Source: a virus
Reading direction: 5' to 3' (one strand)
DNA length: 42,374 bases
IMG/VR virus record: IMGVR_UViG_3300045988_090786
Shown: piece by piece, positions 8,836 to 16,576 of the stretch
Position numbering within the stretch: the first letter of the stretch is position 1
Layout: each line of letters begins with the position of its first letter
Made by a program: the position numbers and the translations under genes
Notes under the pieces: generated by a model
Database searches by the model: none
The model's input: the letters and a program-made list of their open reading frames with translations, nothing else
What the model was told of the DNA's origin: nothing

Positions 8836-9122
8836 TACTTCGCCTCCTTTACCCTGACTACAACAATCGCCCCCGGCTGCAGGTTCCCCGGATCGGTTAT
8901 CCGATTATCCCTGCGTGCTTGCCAGACCAGGCGCCCCATATCCTCCTTATCTGTAGCGATTCCTGCACAGATATTCCAGAGTGTATCGCCCGGCTTCACT
9001 TCCGCCTGATACTCAATCAGGCGTGTTTCCGGAGCTGTTGCATACTGATACGCTCCGGCAGTAATCCCGACAACCACGGCGGCGGTCATTAGTACCCGTC
9101 CCCATCTAATTCTTCTTCGCAC
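8835..9122 (-). CDS. Membrane-anchored LysM-domain protein (GTG start)
   Basis: N-terminal TM (VLMTAAVVVGITAGA) then LysM-like YQAEVKPGDTLWNICAGIA...PGNLQPGAIVVV; GGAGGTG SD 6 nt before GTG 9122. Confidence 0.55.
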   Translation of the reverse strand: MRRRIRWGRVLMTAAVVVGITAGAYQYATAPETRLIEYQAEVKPGDTLWNICAGIATDKEDMGRLVWQARRDNRITDPGNLQPGAIVVVRVKEAK

Positions 9123-9348
9123 TTACCTCACCTCCTGCACGGTATGATTCCACTGCCCTGCGGACATCCTGTAATGTAACCGCTGCCATTCGTGCCAGTG
9201 TTTGTTGATCTATGTAATAGTCCCAGCGTGTCGCTCCGTCCCGGCGGATAGCCCAGCCGAGATCTGTCTTATCCTGCCGCAGCGACCACCGCAGGAAATC
9301 CGCTGATATCCCGAGCAGGCGGGCTGCGACTATGACTGGTATTTTCAT
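9106..9348 (-). CDS. Small HTH DNA-binding protein (early lytic regulator or excisionase-like)
   Basis: IPVIVAARLLGISADFLRW helix-turn-helix-like segment; GGGAGGTG SD. Confidence 0.45.
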   Translation of the reverse strand: MKIPVIVAARLLGISADFLRWSLRQDKTDLGWAIRRDGATRWDYYIDQQTLARMAAVTLQDVRRAVESYRAGGEVSAKKN

Positions 9349-9366
9349 AAATTTTCACCTCCCAAT

Positions 9367-9383
9367 GTAGACTGTTAATCTAC
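9367..9383. promoter_or_regulatory. Operator-like inverted repeat GTAGA-N7-TCTAC (copy 2)
   Basis: GTAGACTGTTAATCTAC; same half-sites and spacing as the site at 9610-9626. Confidence 0.5.
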
Positions 9384-9386
9384 TTT

Positions 9387-9590
9387 TTAATTAAAAAAAA
9401 TAGTATCTCTTTCTTCAGGGGAAAGCTGCAGTAAATCACTAATCGCTTTCACCTCAGATGTCTTAAATTCAGAATTTCCGTTAATTTTGTTCAACAATCC
9501 CTGATACGTCAGGGATAAGAAGTCGGCTACATAGGACAGCTTATAGCCTGACATATTTAATTTTTCTCTTAACTTTTCGATATCGGTCAT
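9387..9590 (-). CDS. cro: Cro-like XRE-family HTH regulator
   Basis: 67-aa HTH protein divergently transcribed from the repressor gene; GAGGAGGTG SD. Confidence 0.7.
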   Translation of the reverse strand: MTDIEKLREKLNMSGYKLSYVADFLSLTYQGLLNKINGNSEFKTSEVKAISDLLQLSPEERDTIFFN

Positions 9591-9609
9591 TTCCTTACAC
9601 CTCCTCTCG

Positions 9610-9626
9610 GTAGACCTGAAATCTAC
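9610..9626. promoter_or_regulatory. Operator-like inverted repeat GTAGA-N7-TCTAC (copy 1), overlapping the leftward promoter start
   Basis: GTAGACCTGAAATCTAC lies immediately downstream of the -10 of the leftward promoter. Confidence 0.55.
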
Positions 9627-9632
9627 ACCGCT

Positions 9633-9661
9633 ATAATAACATTGAGTTGATTATAAGTCAA
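9633..9661 (-). promoter_or_regulatory. Leftward early promoter (TTGACT-17-TATTAT) driving cro and the replication operon
   Basis: Minus-strand TTGACT (9661..9656), 17-nt spacer, TATTAT (9638..9633). Confidence 0.6.
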
Positions 9662-9689
9662 CTTTTTTTTATATTTTTATCAAAATTTA

Positions 9690-9718
9690 TTGAATGATAG
9701 TCTACATTTTGATACAAT
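9690..9718 (+). promoter_or_regulatory. Rightward promoter (TTGAAT-17-TACAAT) for the repressor/lysogeny operon; half operator TCTACA in the spacer
   Basis: TTGAAT 9690-9695, 17-nt spacer, TACAAT 9713-9718; GGAGGTGAG SD and ATG 9741 follow. Confidence 0.6.
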
Positions 9719-9740
9719 GTGATTGCTGGAGGTGAGATAA

Positions 9741-10124
9741 ATGGACAACAATAAAAAGGTTTTTCTCAAACATCTCGGACGACGAATTCGACTATGCAGG
9801 GAGAATATGCATATGTCGCAAGAAACATTAGCGAAACTGCTGGGATATAAATCGAAATCATCAATTAACAAGATGGAATCCGGTATTAATGACATCCCAC
9901 AATCCACATTAAAACAAATTGCCGACATCCTGCATACAACGCCTACATTTTTAATCGACGGAAAGACACCTGAACCAGCAAAACCGATAAACCTCCATGA
10001 TTTGCTCGAATCCTCGCAAGTTATGTTTTTTAGCAAAAATGGCAAACCGATATCCGAACAAGCCCGGAATGAAATCAAAAATTATATTGAGTATGTATTA
10101 TCAAAGGAATCCGAAGAGAAATGA
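9741..10124 (+). CDS. XRE-family HTH repressor (ImmR/CI-like, no peptidase domain)
   Basis: HTH_XRE motif QETLAKLLGYKSKSSINKMESG; followed by an ImmA-type metallopeptidase gene with ATGA start/stop overlap. Confidence 0.8.
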   Translation: MDNNKKVFLKHLGRRIRLCRENMHMSQETLAKLLGYKSKSSINKMESGINDIPQSTLKQIADILHTTPTFLIDGKTPEPAKPINLHDLLESSQVMFFSKNGKPISEQARNEIKNYIEYVLSKESEEK

Positions 10125-10585
10125 AACGAATGCTGCCAGTCGTCCTGGATATAATCAAAAAATACGGAACTAATGACCCGAATGAAATCGCTTCGGCTAT
10201 GCATATATCTGTAAAGAAAGTCCCGCTTCCGGATGAAATCGGCGGATTTTTTCTAAAAGCTCTTGCGATCAAAGAAATATTTATAAACGAAAAAGACGGT
10301 TATAATGCCCAGAACGTAGCACTCGCCCACGAAATCGGACATATTATCCTGCATCGTGCAGGCGATCAGCTATTCACCGTCCATTCGCTGAAAAAGCATA
10401 CCGTCCGCAAGCAGGAATATGAAGCGAATAAGTTCGCGTTTCTTCTGATAGCTCATACCTGTCTCCGGAACAACATTCAGATGATTGACGGTATACAGGG
10501 CGAAAAGCTGCTGACATTTGATGGCGTACTTGAATTATTGGATATATTCAAGAATTATAGTTGCTATCAAGAGGTGCCGAAATGA
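10121..10585 (+). CDS. ImmA/IrrE-family zinc metallopeptidase (anti-repressor protease)
   Basis: HEIGH zinc-binding motif (ALAHEIGHIILH) in a 154-aa protein directly downstream of the XRE repressor. Confidence 0.8.
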   Translation: MKRMLPVVLDIIKKYGTNDPNEIASAMHISVKKVPLPDEIGGFFLKALAIKEIFINEKDGYNAQNVALAHEIGHIILHRAGDQLFTVHSLKKHTVRKQEYEANKFAFLLIAHTCLRNNIQMIDGIQGEKLLTFDGVLELLDIFKNYSCYQEVPK

Positions 10586-11619
10586 AGAAATTTATTATTT
10601 GGTTTTTTGTGATTGCCTTATGCTTAAGCAATGAAGTGTTTCTCAGTATTGGATTAATATATCTCTGTTACAAGCTCTATAAAAAATATTTTAGTGAACG
10701 TGTAAATGTGTCTATCAACAGCGACTATGCTGATCCGCAGACCAGCATGCAGGCAATACGCAACCAGATTGCCCCGACGATCTATAAATACTTGACACCG
10801 TATACCATGACATGGAAAACGTGGCCAACGAAAATCACATTAACAAAATATGATTATGCGTCAATTCGCAATTTAACAGAAAAAGAAACCACAATTGACA
10901 TGAATGAAATAACAGAAGAGCAATTCAATCAAATGATAGACGAACAATTGAACAATGCTGCTAATGTTTTATTTTGTAAAAATTTTGACGTTAAGATTCA
11001 TGAATCCGCATCGCCGAATTACATTGTAATAAACAAAACCGCTCTTATAAAAACATATTATGAAACTTTCGGAATGAATAAATTTTATATTCCACATCTT
11101 ATAAATTACTCGAAAAAATATTCATTCCAGCTTGAAGAAAATGAAATCATTACTGAATTAACAGCAATCAATCGTCGTATTGCAATAGAAAAACGATCTG
11201 CAGCCATAGAGAATTCCATAATAACAAATCGCCCTATTATCTCTAATGTAGATATCCATTACATAGATTCATTGGATGGTGTAGCATTCGAAAAAATCCT
11301 CGGTAAAATATTTGAATCGATGGGCTATTCCGTTCAATTCACGAAAACATCCGGAGACCAGGGGGCAGACTTGCTCTTATCGAAAGGCGATGAGTTAAAG
11401 ATCGTACAATCAAAGTGCTACAAAGACAATGTATCGAATAGTGCCGTACAGGAAGCAGTGGCGGCAAAAGCATTTTATAAATACGATCTGGCGGCAGTAG
11501 TCACAAATAGTCATTTTACGCAGGGAGCAATTGATTTAGCGGAAGCAAATGGTGTTGAGTTAATTGATCGTGATAAACTGATTGAATTATTAAATGTGTA
11601 TCCGATTCCCCGCACTTAA
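10582..11619 (+). CDS. Membrane-anchored protein with C-terminal Mrr-cat (restriction endonuclease-like) domain; low-GC moron
   Basis: N-terminal TM FIIWFFVIALCLSNEVFLSIGLIYLCY. C-terminal GVAFEKILGKIFESMGYSV...GDQGADLLL...KIVQSKCYK matches the Mrr_cat D-(D/E)xK core. AAGAGGTG SD; ATGA overlap with ImmA stop; the region is visibly AT-rich versus the rest of the genome. Confidence 0.7.
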   Translation: MKKFIIWFFVIALCLSNEVFLSIGLIYLCYKLYKKYFSERVNVSINSDYADPQTSMQAIRNQIAPTIYKYLTPYTMTWKTWPTKITLTKYDYASIRNLTEKETTIDMNEITEEQFNQMIDEQLNNAANVLFCKNFDVKIHESASPNYIVINKTALIKTYYETFGMNKFYIPHLINYSKKYSFQLEENEIITELTAINRRIAIEKRSAAIENSIITNRPIISNVDIHYIDSLDGVAFEKILGKIFESMGYSVQFTKTSGDQGADLLLSKGDELKIVQSKCYKDNVSNSAVQEAVAAKAFYKYDLAAVVTNSHFTQGAIDLAEANGVELIDRDKLIELLNVYPIPRT

Positions 11620-11636
11620 TCAGGAGGTGAACATTA

Positions 11637-12758
11637 ATGCGAAGAGCGAACGGCTCCGGATCTGTCTATAAGCGTCCGGATAATGCGCACCGCCGGAAAC
11701 CGTGGGTGGCCGTTGTAAACCTCGGCATGACTGATACCGGCAAACGCAGAAAGAAAATCATCGGCAGCTTCGAACGCCAGCGGGAAGCGCAGGCTGCGCT
11801 GGAAGCGTACAATATGAATCCGCAAACGGCGGCAGCGGCAGACATCACATGGGCGGACATCTGGGAACGTATCAAAACTGGACGAGAACGCTTGAAAAAA
11901 CCGTTAAGTAAAGTTCATTTGATGTACTGGAAAAATCACGTCAGCAAAATTGCAAGTCTGAAAATCAGCGAAACGAAAACACTACATCTGCAGCAAATTA
12001 TAGACGAATCAAACGTTTCGGCATCCGGACAATCCGGTATTATGACTGTCATGCATATGCTTTATAGGTATGCTATTGCTAATGATTTAATCATTAAGGA
12101 TTACTCCCGATTTGTTGTAACTGCAGTAAAAGTTAAATCAGATATCCATAAGCCGTTTACAACGGAAGAAATGCGATTATTGTGGAAGCATTGTAATGAT
12201 GATATAGCGCGGATTATCTTAATACAGACTTATACCGGCATGCGGCCGAAAGAGCTGGCAATGATAAAAATTGACCATGTAAATTTATCCGCCCGCACAA
12301 TGACAGGTGGTCTGAAAACTGATGCAGGGCGCAATCGAACAATTCCGATCGCAGAATGCATCCTACCGTTTGTTATATATTTTTACAGTATTTCCAAATT
12401 TGCAAAACATGAATATTTAGTTATGCCGGATCGGCAGCGTGGATTATATGGTAAAAATGGCCTGCTTTCCATAACCTACTCATACCGCAAATATCTTGAG
12501 AAAATAGGTATTGCAGGACATCTCCCGCACAACCCCCGTCACACATTCATAACGATTGCTGACAATTATAGCATGCCGGAAAAAATTCAAAAAATGATTG
12601 TCGGGCATGTTTCCGGCAATAATGTGACGAAAGATGTGTATACGCATAAGATTATCCCGCAGCTCATCGCTGCCGTTGATGCATTGCCGCATGGCGAAAA
12701 CATGACAATTTATCCTGACGAAAATGGAAGCCAACTGGAAGCCACAGATACGAAATAA
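11637..12758 (+). CDS. int: Tyrosine integrase (phage integrase family)
   Basis: 373 aa. N-terminal SAM-like/core-binding region; C-terminal catalytic region with R...HxxR...Y pattern (NPRHTFIT, VGHVS, YTH). AGGAGGTG SD. Confidence 0.85.
   Translation: MRRANGSGSVYKRPDNAHRRKPWVAVVNLGMTDTGKRRKKIIGSFERQREAQAALEAYNMNPQTAAAADITWADIWERIKTGRERLKKPLSKVHLMYWKNHVSKIASLKISETKTLHLQQIIDESNVSASGQSGIMTVMHMLYRYAIANDLIIKDYSRFVVTAVKVKSDIHKPFTTEEMRLLWKHCNDDIARIILIQTYTGMRPKELAMIKIDHVNLSARTMTGGLKTDAGRNRTIPIAECILPFVIYFYSISKFAKHEYLVMPDRQRGLYGKNGLLSITYSYRKYLEKIGIAGHLPHNPRHTFITIADNYSMPEKIQKMIVGHVSGNNVTKDVYTHKIIPQLIAAVDALPHGENMTIYPDENGSQLEATDTK
12725..12747. repeat. 23-bp motif TGGAAGCCAnnTGGAAGCCACAG (copy A, inside the int 3' end)
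   Basis: Repeats almost exactly at 12923-12945. Confidence 0.6.
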
Positions 12759-12922
12759 CGCATTTTAACTCAAAACACAAAAACAAAAAAGATAGATAAC
12801 GTCGATGTTATCTGGCTTTTACTAATATGGTTTATTATAATAGCCATAATTCTGATGGGGATATAAAATGTTCAATATTCTTAGTATTTATCGTATTTTT
12901 TAGAATTTATGCTTATACAGAT

Positions 12923-12945
12923 TGGAAGCCACGTGGAAGCCACAG
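12923..12945. repeat. 23-bp motif TGGAAGCCAnnTGGAAGCCACAG (copy B, non-coding attP-like region)
   Basis: 21/23 identity to 12725-12747; lies in the AT-rich non-coding region downstream of int. Confidence 0.6.
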
Positions 12946-13318
12946 CGTAATCCTGTGTCAGCCGTAGACGTGACATGTTATAATATTTTCAGAACTCAAA
13001 AACAGAGTATCTGTTTTTACGGGATCAATATCATTTGATATCGATCCTATTTTTTTTATTATAAAAAGAACGGGTATTTCACCGCTCTTATTTTTTATAA
13101 TTCTATTCCTATTTTGATTTTGCAATACTAATTCAAAATATTTTTTATAAATTATTTCTAACATTAAACATAAACAGTTTAAAAATAAATTCAGTAGTTT
13201 TCTTAATGGCCAAGCCGCACACAAAACAGTAAAGTTTACAATATTAAAATTATCAATATTTATAAGCATTCTGACAGACGAAAAATAAAAAAGTCAGTAT
13301 TTATCGAATGGCCATTGC

Positions 13319-13356
13319 AATAAAAAAAGCAGTAAGGACGAAATATCCTTACTGCT
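13319..13356 (-). terminator. Strong intrinsic terminator ending the long leftward transcription unit
   Basis: Perfect 10-bp stem GCAGTAAGGA/TCCTTACTGC with 8-nt loop, followed on the minus strand by TTTTTTTTATTGC. Confidence 0.75.
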
Positions 13357-13372
13357 CAAAAACTTATTTTTA

Positions 13373-13966
13373 CTATTTATCACGACAAAACCAGACGCGA
13401 AACACAATCATTGCTCTGTGATGACTCGTAATTCCGGGCGATAATTTCCATCCTAAATATATCCGCCATCGATAACGGCTGCTAATCGGCAGCGTGCAGT
13501 ATAACATCCAGTGATTTCTTGACGACGCATAATATAGTTCATGTTTGCCGGTTTTATAGTCCGCATAGACTTTAACGCTGCCGGGCGGGATATTACAGCC
13601 GAACCACTCAAAAGCAAAGCCATAGGCGCAATTGCGGTAAAGCCAGAAGACACGGCAACAATACCGCTTAATGCGGTCAATTAACGGCAGCGGCGCTATG
13701 TTAATACTGTATTTTTTCCAACGGTTATATTCCGGTAAAATATGCCGCTCTACACGGTAATATTTGTAAAAGTCGTACCTGATGATCCTCGGAGCATATT
13801 TTGTCACGCAATCTTCAGAGTCCAAGCTGTCATCCCACGTTTGCCATAACCGCAATACCCCCGGCAATTCGCCGTTCTGGTCAGCAAACAATACGACAAT
13901 CCAATTCGTGAGATAGCAAACAATCATACAGACAAGTTGCAAAGGAGCGTAAATAAACCACTTCAT
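13373..13966 (-). CDS. Trp/Tyr/Cys-rich membrane protein of unknown function (moron-like)
   Basis: N-terminal TM segments; unusual W/Y/C/R-rich composition; last gene before the terminator and attP region. Confidence 0.45.
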   Translation of the reverse strand: MKWFIYAPLQLVCMIVCYLTNWIVVLFADQNGELPGVLRLWQTWDDSLDSEDCVTKYAPRIIRYDFYKYYRVERHILPEYNRWKKYSINIAPLPLIDRIKRYCCRVFWLYRNCAYGFAFEWFGCNIPPGSVKVYADYKTGKHELYYASSRNHWMLYCTLPISSRYRWRIYLGWKLSPGITSHHRAMIVFRVWFCRDK

Positions 13967-13970
13967 GCCA

Positions 13971-14384
13971 TCACCTCACCGCTAAGCCTGCGAGCAACCC
14001 ACCGGAAATTAAAATCCACAAATTTCGCTGCCGTGTTTTAATTCGGATTTTCCGTTCCGCCTCTTTCTCGTACTGATTTAAGTATTCCTCGGCTTTCTGT
14101 AATGATTTCTGCGTCTGATCGTTCAATTGCCGTGATATTCTCAGCTGCTCGTTGACTGTCTGTAATTGCTGCTGCGCTTCGTTTAGCAGCGTCTGCTGCT
14201 CGGTCAATAGCCTCTGCTTCTCGCTGTTGTGACTCTCCAGCGTTTGTAAGTTCTGTTCTAACTTCGTCAGCTCCGTGCTGGAGATTTGATACATCATCTC
14301 TGCCTGCACAGACGAACCAGACAATGACGGCAATAAGAATAATGACACCAACAATAAAAATAAAATAAGCCTGTTTCTTCTCAT
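13971..14384 (-). CDS. Membrane protein with N-terminal signal/TM, Gln-rich coiled coil and C-terminal TM
   Basis: MRRNRLILFLLLVSLFLLPSLSG, then heptad-like Q/L-rich region, then LWILISGGLLAGLAV; GAGGTG SD 8 nt before ATG 14384. An alternative overlapping frame exists (14038..14400). Confidence 0.4.
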   Translation of the reverse strand: MRRNRLILFLLLVSLFLLPSLSGSSVQAEMMYQISSTELTKLEQNLQTLESHNSEKQRLLTEQQTLLNEAQQQLQTVNEQLRISRQLNDQTQKSLQKAEEYLNQYEKEAERKIRIKTRQRNLWILISGGLLAGLAVR

Positions 14385-14396
14385 ACATATTACACC

Positions 14397-15371
14397 TCAA
14401 TTCTTATCGACTGCATATAGACTGGTCATATATGATTCCGGCGTGGTACCGTCATAGTTATAACTATTCGACACAATCGGCGATATATATATCTGCATAC
14501 CGCCCTGCGGATAGCCTTTTCCTGCGTATGTTTCACACCGCAAAATCGCTCCCGTCTTAGCCGAAAATACGCCGGACTGTGTCGCACCGACAGACCCCAT
14601 CATTATACTCGAGGTTTCTGACATCGCAATGACCACCTGATTCAGAGTCACCCTGTTAACTGACGTATTGCCGCTCGACGTTGCATATTGATAGACTTTA
14701 CTGACTGCAATAAGAGTGCAGTCTTTCTTTGCAACAAAATCTGTTTCATTTTTAATTTCGAAAAAGTCGTAAAAATCTGCAGATTGATATTTCGTGACCA
14801 TCTTGCAAATGTGAATATTATCTTTCCTGCTCGTTTCAGCTTCATAGCCCTGATAGACAAGATGAAAAATCAGTTCGGTGGATTTCTTGTAATTTTCGAT
14901 AGCCGTGTTAATTGCCGTTGATATTGATTCCGTAGATACGGCGTTGGCATTGATGAGTTCAATAATGCGGGATTCCGTGATTATTTCTGATTTTTTCGCA
15001 TAATCGGTTAAATCTACCGTTGCATCAGATCCATCTTTCCCCGGTTCGCCCCGTATGCCTGGATCACCTTTATCACCGTGCAGGGATTGCAGCCACTCTG
15101 CCACCGTGCCGTCAAATCCGTTATCAACTGCTATTTCGTATGCTGATTTTCCGTCTTTTCCGGTTTCTGTATTCCCGCCAGCGGGAATTGTCAATACGGT
15201 TTCTAAAGGTGCGGGAGCCGTCATGATAATGTCTATACTATCATCGTTATCTATAACAACACTAGATAATACGCCCGTAAATGATAATTTGTCGGTCAAA
15301 TCTTTTTTACCGGAGATAGTACGGTGCAGGGATTCCGTGGCTGCAAGTTTTGATTCTATCTCATTAATCAA
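14397..15371 (-). CDS. Collagen-like repeat tail-fibre/receptor-binding-like protein (TTG start proposed)
   Basis: GKSAYEIAVDNGFDGTVAEWLQSLHGDKGDPGIRGEPGKDG segment typical of Bacillota prophage fibre proteins. GGAGGAAG SD precedes TTG at 15371; the ATG at 15434 would overlap the upstream gene by 71 nt. Confidence 0.5.
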   Translation of the reverse strand: MINEIESKLAATESLHRTISGKKDLTDKLSFTGVLSSVVIDNDDSIDIIMTAPAPLETVLTIPAGGNTETGKDGKSAYEIAVDNGFDGTVAEWLQSLHGDKGDPGIRGEPGKDGSDATVDLTDYAKKSEIITESRIIELINANAVSTESISTAINTAIENYKKSTELIFHLVYQGYEAETSRKDNIHICKMVTKYQSADFYDFFEIKNETDFVAKKDCTLIAVSKVYQYATSSGNTSVNRVTLNQVVIAMSETSSIMMGSVGATQSGVFSAKTGAILRCETYAGKGYPQGGMQIYISPIVSNSYNYDGTTPESYMTSLYAVDKN

Positions 15372-15690
15372 AATTAACTTCCTCCTCAATTCTGAATCGA
15401 TGTGGGGTGATAATCGTACAGACATCTCCGGCAACGGTAGTTATTTGCACATCATAGACATAATCTCCGTAATCAAGATTTTTAGTGTCGTCATGAGATA
15501 GCGTGATAACGCCATTAACCGCCGTTTTCTGTAACACCTTTGCCTTATCGGTGGTTGATTTCTTGACTGTTAAAACAACTCTATCTTTCGTGCTGTCATA
15601 AGCGGCGCTTCCTGCAGATCTGATATTCAGTGATATTTTCGCCGTATCGCCTCTGGTTAAAAATATATTCTGGTTTGATATTGTTAGCAT
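15364..15690 (-). CDS. Hypothetical protein (108 aa), possibly associated with the downstream fibre-like protein
   Basis: Intact ORF with GGGGTG SD directly after the amidase stop. Confidence 0.4.
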   Translation of the reverse strand: MLTISNQNIFLTRGDTAKISLNIRSAGSAAYDSTKDRVVLTVKKSTTDKAKVLQKTAVNGVITLSHDDTKNLDYGDYVYDVQITTVAGDVCTIITPHRFRIEEEVNFD

Positions 15691-15691
15691 A

Positions 15692-16216
15692 TTACACCCC
15701 TTGCTCTAAGTAATACTGCGCTTTTTCGCGGATAATATCCCCGCCGGTGCCGTACTCATCCCCATTGTGCAGGATTTGTAAATCCCAGCGGCAATCGGGA
15801 TCTCCACTGTACAATCCATAACCGTCCTCGTCTGCCGCCTCGCCATGCGTCATAAAGTGATCATAGTCGATTGGATTATCAAAGAATTCTGCAATCACTG
15901 CCGTCATTTGCGCCAGCGTTTCAATCTGCGCTGCTGTCGGCGCATATTCGCCCAAATCTTCGGGTGTACCGTTATAACAAGCGCATAACGCAATAGCGAT
16001 ACTGCCCGTATTCCGGTTCCACGTTGCAGACGGTGTTTCAGTAATCGGGCGGGTATTTATGATCTCTCCGTCACCGTCTATGCAGTAGTGATAATCGTCA
16101 AACGTAGTAAAGTGACGCCCTGCCGTCCAGTGATAATACGTTATAACTGGGAAAGAGAATTGATAAAAGTAATCCCTGTTATCTATAAGTTCTTGCTTAA
16201 ATTCTGTTATATTCAT
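15692..16216 (-). CDS. N-acetylmuramoyl-L-alanine amidase endolysin (Amidase_2/PGRP fold)
   Basis: YYHWTAG, NTGSIAIALC and MTHGEAA motifs consistent with zinc amidase_2; follows two holin-like genes; AAGGGAGG SD. Confidence 0.7.
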   Translation of the reverse strand: MNITEFKQELIDNRDYFYQFSFPVITYYHWTAGRHFTTFDDYHYCIDGDGEIINTRPITETPSATWNRNTGSIAIALCACYNGTPEDLGEYAPTAAQIETLAQMTAVIAEFFDNPIDYDHFMTHGEAADEDGYGLYSGDPDCRWDLQILHNGDEYGTGGDIIREKAQYYLEQGV

Positions 16217-16575
16217 TTTTTATCCTCCCTTTGCGGCGGTATTGTCGGTGGCTTAGGCTTTTCCTTTTTCGCTTCTTTTTCTGCGGCGTCCGGTCTGCCG
16301 TCATGGTTTTTATCAACCAAAAAAACGGAAACAAAAGTAAAAGCCCCGACAACCGCTGGAGCTGTAAACTCTTTAAAAAACGATATTAAAAGCGGCGTAT
16401 TTGCAACGCCTGTCCGCCACCAATCATGCAGCCATGCGGTTAATATCATCAAAAATAAAATGATAAGTCCTGTGCCGTACACATAGACAATCTGCATGGA
16501 CGTTTGTATTTTCCTGCGGGCGGTAGGCAGATATGACACAGCTTTAGTCCATAGATTTTTTAATATGCCCTGCAT
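16213..16575 (-). CDS. Holin-like protein (2 TM, charged Lys/Glu/Pro-rich C-terminal tail)
   Basis: Two hydrophobic helices then AAEKEAKKEKPKPPTIPPQREDKK tail; immediately upstream of the endolysin with overlapping stop/start. Confidence 0.6.
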   Translation of the reverse strand: MQGILKNLWTKAVSYLPTARRKIQTSMQIVYVYGTGLIILFLMILTAWLHDWWRTGVANTPLLISFFKEFTAPAVVGAFTFVSVFLVDKNHDGRPDAAEKEAKKEKPKPPTIPPQREDKK

Positions 16576-16576
16576 A

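Noticed and set aside
12958-13269. 103-aa minus-strand ORF in the AT-rich attP-like region
   Set aside because: Extremely AT-rich low-complexity translation (Ile/Asn/Lys/Phe runs), no SD; a non-coding recombination or regulatory region is more plausible.
14038-14400. 120-aa alternative frame overlapping the coiled-coil membrane protein
   Set aside because: Kept only as a finding. SD spacing is 4 nt and the frame is an Ala/Glu-rich shadow of a CAG-rich sequence. Not called as a feature.
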